Source: Anaerohalosphaeraceae bacterium | GTDB taxonomy: Bacteria > Planctomycetota > Phycisphaerae > Sedimentisphaerales > Anaerohalosphaeraceae | Direction of reading: 5' to 3' | Length of the DNA stretch: 22,961 bases | Assembly (NCBI GenBank): GCA_050309605.1 | Contig: JBNRMN010000028.1 | Location: 1 to 22,961, forward strand | Shown: one piece after another, positions 18,438 through 22,961 of the stretch | Numbering within the stretch: the first letter of the stretch is position 1 | Layout: the number at the start of each line of letters is the position of its first letter | The notes under the pieces: generated by a model | Databases searched by the model: none | Seen by the model: the letters and a program-made list of their open reading frames with translations, nothing else | What the model was told of the DNA's origin: nothing | Position numbers and translations under genes: made by a program

Positions 18438-20537
18438 CTAAAAGTACAACTGCAACCGGGCAAAAAACGTCCTGCCGGGAGTTTCATAGGAGGTAAAGGT
18501 ATTGATGTCCCACACGGCGCCGCGGGTTTCATTGAATACATCCGAGACGCCGACCATCCATTCGCCGGACTGTTGACCGAATTTGCGCGAAAGTGTGATA
18601 TCCAACTGGTTGAAGGTTCCGGCCCGACCGAAGGGGCCGGCCACATTGGTAATGGGGATCACATTATTATAGCAGAAATTGGCCGCGGCGGTCCAGCGGT
18701 CGTCCAGCCGGTACCGAAACCGAAATCCGGCTTTGTGTCGTGACGGCTGATAAGCGCGAATATCGGCATCAATGTCATCGGTGTGAAGCTCATTATACGC
18801 ATACCACGCAGTCAAATCGGCTTGATGAAAATCGTACATCAACTCGGTTTCGGCTCCGTAGGCGTTGGCGCCGCGCTGATTTTCAAACCGAGAGGTGGAC
18901 ACGGGCGAACCGAACATATCGACGGTGGTCGTGCGTGCGCCGATGATGTGCTCCATCCGCTGATAATAGGCGTCGATGCGGACCGTCAGGCGGTCGGATA
19001 AGTGTCCCGAATAACCGGCTTCGAGGGCATAGGCGGATTCGTTTTTCAGCGTTTTTTCGGGCATCAGATACGAAAACATCGGCGGAAGGACGCCGGGCAT
19101 GGCTGAAAAACTGCTGGAGTACGTTTGGCGCACCATCAGCCCGGCAGTGCGATAGCCGCGGCTGGCAGCCAGACGGACGATATGTTCATCGCGGTCATCC
19201 AGGGCATACAGCAGGGCGCTTCGCGCCGACCAGTCCGAGTGCGTCCCGCTGTAGCGATCCAGACGGCCTTGTGTTTCAAGCGTCAAACGATCGGTCAAAC
19301 TCCAGCGATCCACGGCGAAGAGGCCTGCCCAATACTCGTTGTAGGTGGATTTAGGAAAATGAATTTCACCGATTTCTTCGTCATTGCGCATGGTCATCCG
19401 ATTCCATCGGAGGTTGCCGCCGATGGACACGGTATGGTCATCATGGGGCTTGAAGTTGATCTGACCTTCGAGATCATTTTCATAATAGTCATAGCGTGCG
19501 GTGACGTGCGGCAGACGCCTGACGGCGTAATTGCCGAACCATTGCAGATGCGCACTGGTGTCTTCGTCGATCTGATGCTCCAGACGGGCAAAAAGCCGCG
19601 TCGTTTCGGCCGAGGCGTTTCGCATCGGATAGTACCCCACCGATTCCCGGTCGCCGAATCGCGCTGAGCTGTGGCCGATTCCGAATCGCAGCAGACTGCT
19701 GTCGGATATGCTATATTCGGCTTCGGAATCAAATTTCCAGTTCCGGAAAAAATCGCGGGTTTTGTACCGATCAAACCCGATCAGCGAGTTCAGTTCGGGG
19801 AAGGCCGAGACCATTCGTCCTGCGCCGGCGGCACGGGACGATTCACTGTCCTCGTAGCCGGCCGAGATGCGCCAAGCCCATCGGTCGTGCCGGTCGGTAA
19901 CACGAATATGGGTAAAGCTGTCGCCGTATTCATTGATGGTTGTACTCACCAGGTTGTTCAGATCGGGATACGTCGGCCTTTTGGTGATGATATTGATGAC
20001 GCCGTTATACGCGTTGGCGCCCCAGACCGCCCCGCCGGGGCCGCGCACCACTTCGACCCGCTCAATATCTTCGATCAAGACAGGCATCAGCAGCCAGTCG
20101 GCCGTGCCGAAGACCGGATCCAGGGCGGTGCGGCCGTTGATCAGCACGAGCGTGCGGTCTGAATACTGACCAATCATGCCGCGAACGCCGACGTGATATC
20201 GGAAGCGATCCAATCGTCGGACATCAACCCCCGGCACGAATCGAAGCATTTCGGGAATTGTGGTTACGCCGCTGTAATGGAAATCGGACTCGGTCAGGAT
20301 GCTGACCGGTACGGCCGAATGGCTGATCTTCTGTTCGGTACGTGAGGCCGATACAATCACCGGAATATCCATCAACTGTTCCAAACTCAAATCAAACAGG
20401 TTATCGGGGGTCACAGAAGTGGGTCTATCGTTCGGGAAGACGGCGATGGCTGAGGCGGCCGTGCAAAACAGCACAGCCGCAACGTACACGGATACGCAAA
20501 GGCTGCGCCGAATACCATAAGAATGCATTGTTCTCAT
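18438..20537 (-). CDS. TonB-dependent outer-membrane receptor (start uncertain, 20528-20567)
   Basis: Signal peptide, plug domain (IPEMLRFVPGV...LVLINGR...IERVEVVRGPGGAVWGANAYNGVINIITK) and C-terminal PGRTFFARLQLYF. Confidence 0.95.
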   Translation of the reverse strand: MRTMHSYGIRRSLCVSVYVAAVLFCTAASAIAVFPNDRPTSVTPDNLFDLSLEQLMDIPVIVSASRTEQKISHSAVPVSILTESDFHYSGVTTIPEMLRFVPGVDVRRLDRFRYHVGVRGMIGQYSDRTLVLINGRTALDPVFGTADWLLMPVLIEDIERVEVVRGPGGAVWGANAYNGVINIITKRPTYPDLNNLVSTTINEYGDSFTHIRVTDRHDRWAWRISAGYEDSESSRAAGAGRMVSAFPELNSLIGFDRYKTRDFFRNWKFDSEAEYSISDSSLLRFGIGHSSARFGDRESVGYYPMRNASAETTRLFARLEHQIDEDTSAHLQWFGNYAVRRLPHVTARYDYYENDLEGQINFKPHDDHTVSIGGNLRWNRMTMRNDEEIGEIHFPKSTYNEYWAGLFAVDRWSLTDRLTLETQGRLDRYSGTHSDWSARSALLYALDDRDEHIVRLAASRGYRTAGLMVRQTYSSSFSAMPGVLPPMFSYLMPEKTLKNESAYALEAGYSGHLSDRLTVRIDAYYQRMEHIIGARTTTVDMFGSPVSTSRFENQRGANAYGAETELMYDFHQADLTAWYAYNELHTDDIDADIRAYQPSRHKAGFRFRYRLDDRWTAAANFCYNNVIPITNVAGPFGRAGTFNQLDITLSRKFGQQSGEWMVGVSDVFNETRGAVWDINTFTSYETPGRTFFARLQLYF

Positions 20538-20580
20538 CAAAAGGCCTTTCCTTAGAGACATTCTCAATTTCGCGCCGATG

Positions 20581-20608
20581 ACATCGGCAAAAGCGGAAAA
20601 TCTATTAA
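20581..20608 (-). promoter_or_regulatory. Putative sigma28-like promoter of the TonB-dependent receptor
   Basis: TTAA-N16-GCCGATGT; the -10 is one arm of the palindrome GCCGATG-A-CATCGGC (20574-20588). Confidence 0.35.
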
Positions 20609-20774
20609 GAAAGACTTGATGAAAAGAAAATAAACTTTACACGAACTTCATCATTTGCCTTAACAGGAAATGGGCGTATATTTTATCGGATGTGCTGTGC
20701 GCACAATAGATCCCCTCCCGTCGTTTGGGTCTGATAAATCAAGCTCGGTAAAAGAACGGTCGGCTGCCGTGTGG

Positions 20775-21125
20775 TTAATCGGACGAAGCCGTTGCCGGCA
20801 GTTCGATGCTGTCGATGATCACCTGCATATATTTCTGGCGATGGCCGATGCGCTTGCTGCTGTTCTTGCGTCGGCGGTGGTGCGTCGGATAGACCTTGGG
20901 GCCTTTCACCACGGCTTGCTCGGCGTTGACCTTAAAGGTCGCAACGACCTTGGCGCCGTCCAGATAAGGCGTACCGACCCGGACATCCTGCCCGTTGCTG
21001 ACGAACAAGACTTTGTCCAGTTCGATGGTTTTGGCATCGGGCGCCGCCTCGATCAATTCAATATCAATTACATCGCCTTGTTCGACTTTATATTGTTTGC
21101 CGCCTTGTTCAATCACTGCGTACAT
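20775..21125 (-). CDS. rplU: 50S ribosomal protein L21
   Basis: MYAVIEQGGKQYKVEQGD...VGTPYLDGAKV...RRKNSSKRIGHRQ; RBS AGGAG. Confidence 0.98.
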   Translation of the reverse strand: MYAVIEQGGKQYKVEQGDVIDIELIEAAPDAKTIELDKVLFVSNGQDVRVGTPYLDGAKVVATFKVNAEQAVVKGPKVYPTHHRRRKNSSKRIGHRQKYMQVIIDSIELPATASSD

Positions 21126-21176
21126 GCGTTACTCCTGTATCTGTCATTTGATCTACAGCAATATATAAAAATGACG

Positions 21177-21205
21177 AGCATATATACCGCGGGCAAGTTT
21201 GTAAA
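21177..21205 (-). promoter_or_regulatory. sigma70 promoter of rplU
   Basis: TTTACA-N17-TATGCT. Confidence 0.6.
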
Positions 21206-21372
21206 GAAAATTTTTGCTGTTTTGAACAAAATCAGAGAAAATACGGGATTTTCGGCGGGATAAAACAAAATTGGCCTTTACAGCGTCAGGAATCATTGAA
21301 ATCCTGCCTCAGTGTATGCCGAAAAGAGAGAAGCATTAGTCTAATTTTATTTATATTTTGGAGATAAAAAGC

Positions 21373-21519
21373 ATGGAATTGGCGATGATTGACGATCAGA
21401 TGCTGCCGATCAGCGACTTGGGCAAGGCACATCTGGACCGCGGGCTGTACTTTGGCGACGGCGTCTATGAGGTGCTGCGCAGAGCCGATGCAACCCATTC
21501 GCAAAAGTTTTGTTCATGA
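21373..21519 (+). pseudogene. 5' fragment of a class IV (D-amino-acid/branched-chain type) aminotransferase gene
   Basis: Hand translation gives MELAMIDDQMLPISDLGKAHLDRGLYFGDGVYEVLR, with the DRG..FGDGVYE motif and RBS GGAG. Similarity ends near 21482 and the frame stops at 21519. Confidence 0.85.
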
Positions 21520-22152
21520 AAAATACCATTTTAGACCGATTTTTCTGTTTTTTCGTTTTCCCACGATAAGACTGCCCACCCCCAACAGAAAAACCGTTGC
21601 CGGTTCGGGGATGACTTTGACATTCATATAGACGGGATTAAAACCAATGTCCGTTCTGTTTATAAACTCAATATAAAACGGCGAACCATCCGCAAGCCAA
21701 TTTCCCTGAATGCCTTTCAACGGGTTGCCGTCAATCCATGACCAGTCGTCCTGAGCATAAATGTGAATATTCTCCGTCGTTCCGTATTGATAACTTGCAA
21801 TTTCATTGATGCTTCCACCCTTGAGAATAGTGGTCGCATTATCGGTGCGAACAGAAATCAACTGGGTTACGCCATTCAGATATTCCAATTGCGCATTGTT
21901 GAAGAGCAAAATATCATACACGCCGCCGCCGGGATGAGACAAACTCAAAGGCATGGAGGTTGATTTTACAATCAGACGTCCGTTGTCCCGCACTGAAATC
22001 TGATCTGCCCCCCCTCCATCAACAATCAGGGGTGTTTGGTAATTCGACCACTTTACACCGTATTCGTATTCTCCGGCTGTAATAAATCCGTCGCTGTACC
22101 CGGCAAAACCGGCAGACACACAAGCAAAAAACATTGCCATTCTTTTCATCAT
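21514..22152 (-). CDS. PEP-CTERM sorting-domain surface protein
   Basis: RBS GGAG, signal peptide MMKRMAMFFACVSAGFA, and C-terminal VIPEPATVFLLGVGSLIVG-KRKNRK. Confidence 0.93.
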   Translation of the reverse strand: MMKRMAMFFACVSAGFAGYSDGFITAGEYEYGVKWSNYQTPLIVDGGGADQISVRDNGRLIVKSTSMPLSLSHPGGGVYDILLFNNAQLEYLNGVTQLISVRTDNATTILKGGSINEIASYQYGTTENIHIYAQDDWSWIDGNPLKGIQGNWLADGSPFYIEFINRTDIGFNPVYMNVKVIPEPATVFLLGVGSLIVGKRKNRKIGLKWYFS

Positions 22153-22177
22153 CGGTTTCTCCATTCTTTTTAGGTTC

Positions 22178-22207
22178 GCTGTGTGCGGGAGTTTTCCCGC
22201 ACACAGC
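22178..22207. other. Perfect 13-bp hairpin upstream of the PEP-CTERM gene
   Basis: GCTGTGTGCGGGA-GTTT-TCCCGCACACAGC, with no T tract following it on either strand. Confidence 0.8.
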
Positions 22208-22216
22208 AATCGGGTT

Positions 22217-22243
22217 ATATCGTCAAAGTAAGTTCCTACTTGA
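22217..22243 (-). promoter_or_regulatory. Putative sigma28-like promoter of the PEP-CTERM gene
   Basis: TCAA-N15-GACGATAT (equivalently TCAAG-N14). Confidence 0.45.
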
Positions 22244-22961
22244 TTTGAACAGACTCGTTGTGCAACTCCAGCAGATGACCATAGACCGCTTCCATAAACC
22301 GCTGCCACTTTTCAGGGTCAATCTGCTGCTGGATGTCCGGTTCTTCGAGCCAGAGGGTTTCCAGTTGAATAACAGCAAACGCCAGATCAAGTATTTGTTC
22401 TTGGGTGCTTTTTTCCTGAACAGTTTGGATTTCCGCCTTCGCGGAAATGACCATCTCCATCGGCTTAATTTGCGTTTCGCCAAAACCAAACATCATCATT
22501 TCCGGCTGCAAATCCGTCCGCCAGCAGGCTGTCCACAGCCACGGCGCATCCTCAAGGAAGAAGATCAGGTCAGCCAAGTCAATGGCGTACTGGCTGTGTC
22601 CGGTGGTCACATAGTTAAATGTATGACCGTCCGGATACCACGCTGCCATGCTGGAAGCGGTCACATAGCCGGGACTGTTCGGGTCTGTGCGGTACTCGTA
22701 GTCCACATGGTCGGGGTCTGTCAGCGCTGGATCGTTGGGGTCGTGAGCCCGCCAGACACGCGAGAAGCGAGCAAACTCGACCAGATTGACCAATCCGTCA
22801 GCGTTCCAGTCCCATTCGTTGGACACGTTTATATCGCAGATCAATTCATAAGCGCCCATATCCGGGGCTGCGCCGTACACGCGAGGGTTGCCATCCATAT
22901 CCAGTTGGCTGCTGTAATCCAAATAGGGATTGGAGGCGTTAAGGCAAAGGCTTTCAGGGGA
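22236..22961 (-). CDS. 3' part of a larger, probably extracellular protein with choice-of-anchor-Q-like and dockerin-like motifs (begins beyond the window)
   Basis: The frame is open to the window edge: ESLCLNAS...DMDGNPRVYGAAPDMGAYE, then DWNADGLVNLVEF and IDLADL. Confidence 0.85.
   Translation of the reverse strand, partial: SPESLCLNASNPYLDYSSQLDMDGNPRVYGAAPDMGAYELICDINVSNEWDWNADGLVNLVEFARFSRVWRAHDPNDPALTDPDHVDYEYRTDPNSPGYVTASSMAAWYPDGHTFNYVTTGHSQYAIDLADLIFFLEDAPWLWTACWRTDLQPEMMMFGFGETQIKPMEMVISAKAEIQTVQEKSTQEQILDLAFAVIQLETLWLEEPDIQQQIDPEKWQRFMEAVYGHLLELHNESVQIK

Noticed and set aside
18206..18496. Integrase remnant or CDS downstream of tRNA-Phe
   Set aside because: No tyrosine-recombinase motifs or clear RBS, and it overlaps the 3' end of the TonB receptor gene.
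20687..20706. Degenerate REP-like hairpin TGTGC-TGTGC-GCACA
   Set aside because: A single copy with a 5-bp stem cannot be told apart from chance.
21389..21631. 80-aa ORF as a continuation of the aminotransferase fragment
   Set aside because: It is in a different frame, has no class IV motifs, and runs antisense into the PEP-CTERM gene.

Overview
Chromosomal window from a planctomycete, most likely class Phycisphaerae (Sedimentisphaerales-like). This is inferred from 16S signatures and from the PEP-CTERM and dockerin-like proteins. In order, it holds: the 5' half of a 16S rRNA gene with its promoter; an ECF sigma / anti-sigma / PDZ-protein / yjbQ operon; System II cytochrome c biogenesis genes (ccsB/resB, ccsA); a small ORF divergent from a ParA/Soj ATPase fused to an AMPK-beta-like glycogen-binding domain (the most intriguing gene here); a Tat-exported Gfo/Idh/MocA oxidoreductase; lysA; a PilX-like gene frameshifted at a G9 tract; five tandem ~130-bp REPIN-like palindromic units; a second ECF/ZAS anti-sigma operon; a yqaE/Pmp3 gene missing from the ORF track; an RsbV/RsbW partner-switch pair; an Rrf2 regulator with a MazG-like gene; tRNA-Phe with possible integration-site relics; an orphan TonB-dependent receptor; rplU without rpmA; a truncated class IV aminotransferase fragment; and an AT-richer segment with a PEP-CTERM gene and a partial choice-of-anchor-Q/dockerin-like gene. 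A sigma28-like promoter motif recurs upstream of five genes. All calls come from reading the sequence by eye; no database searches were run.
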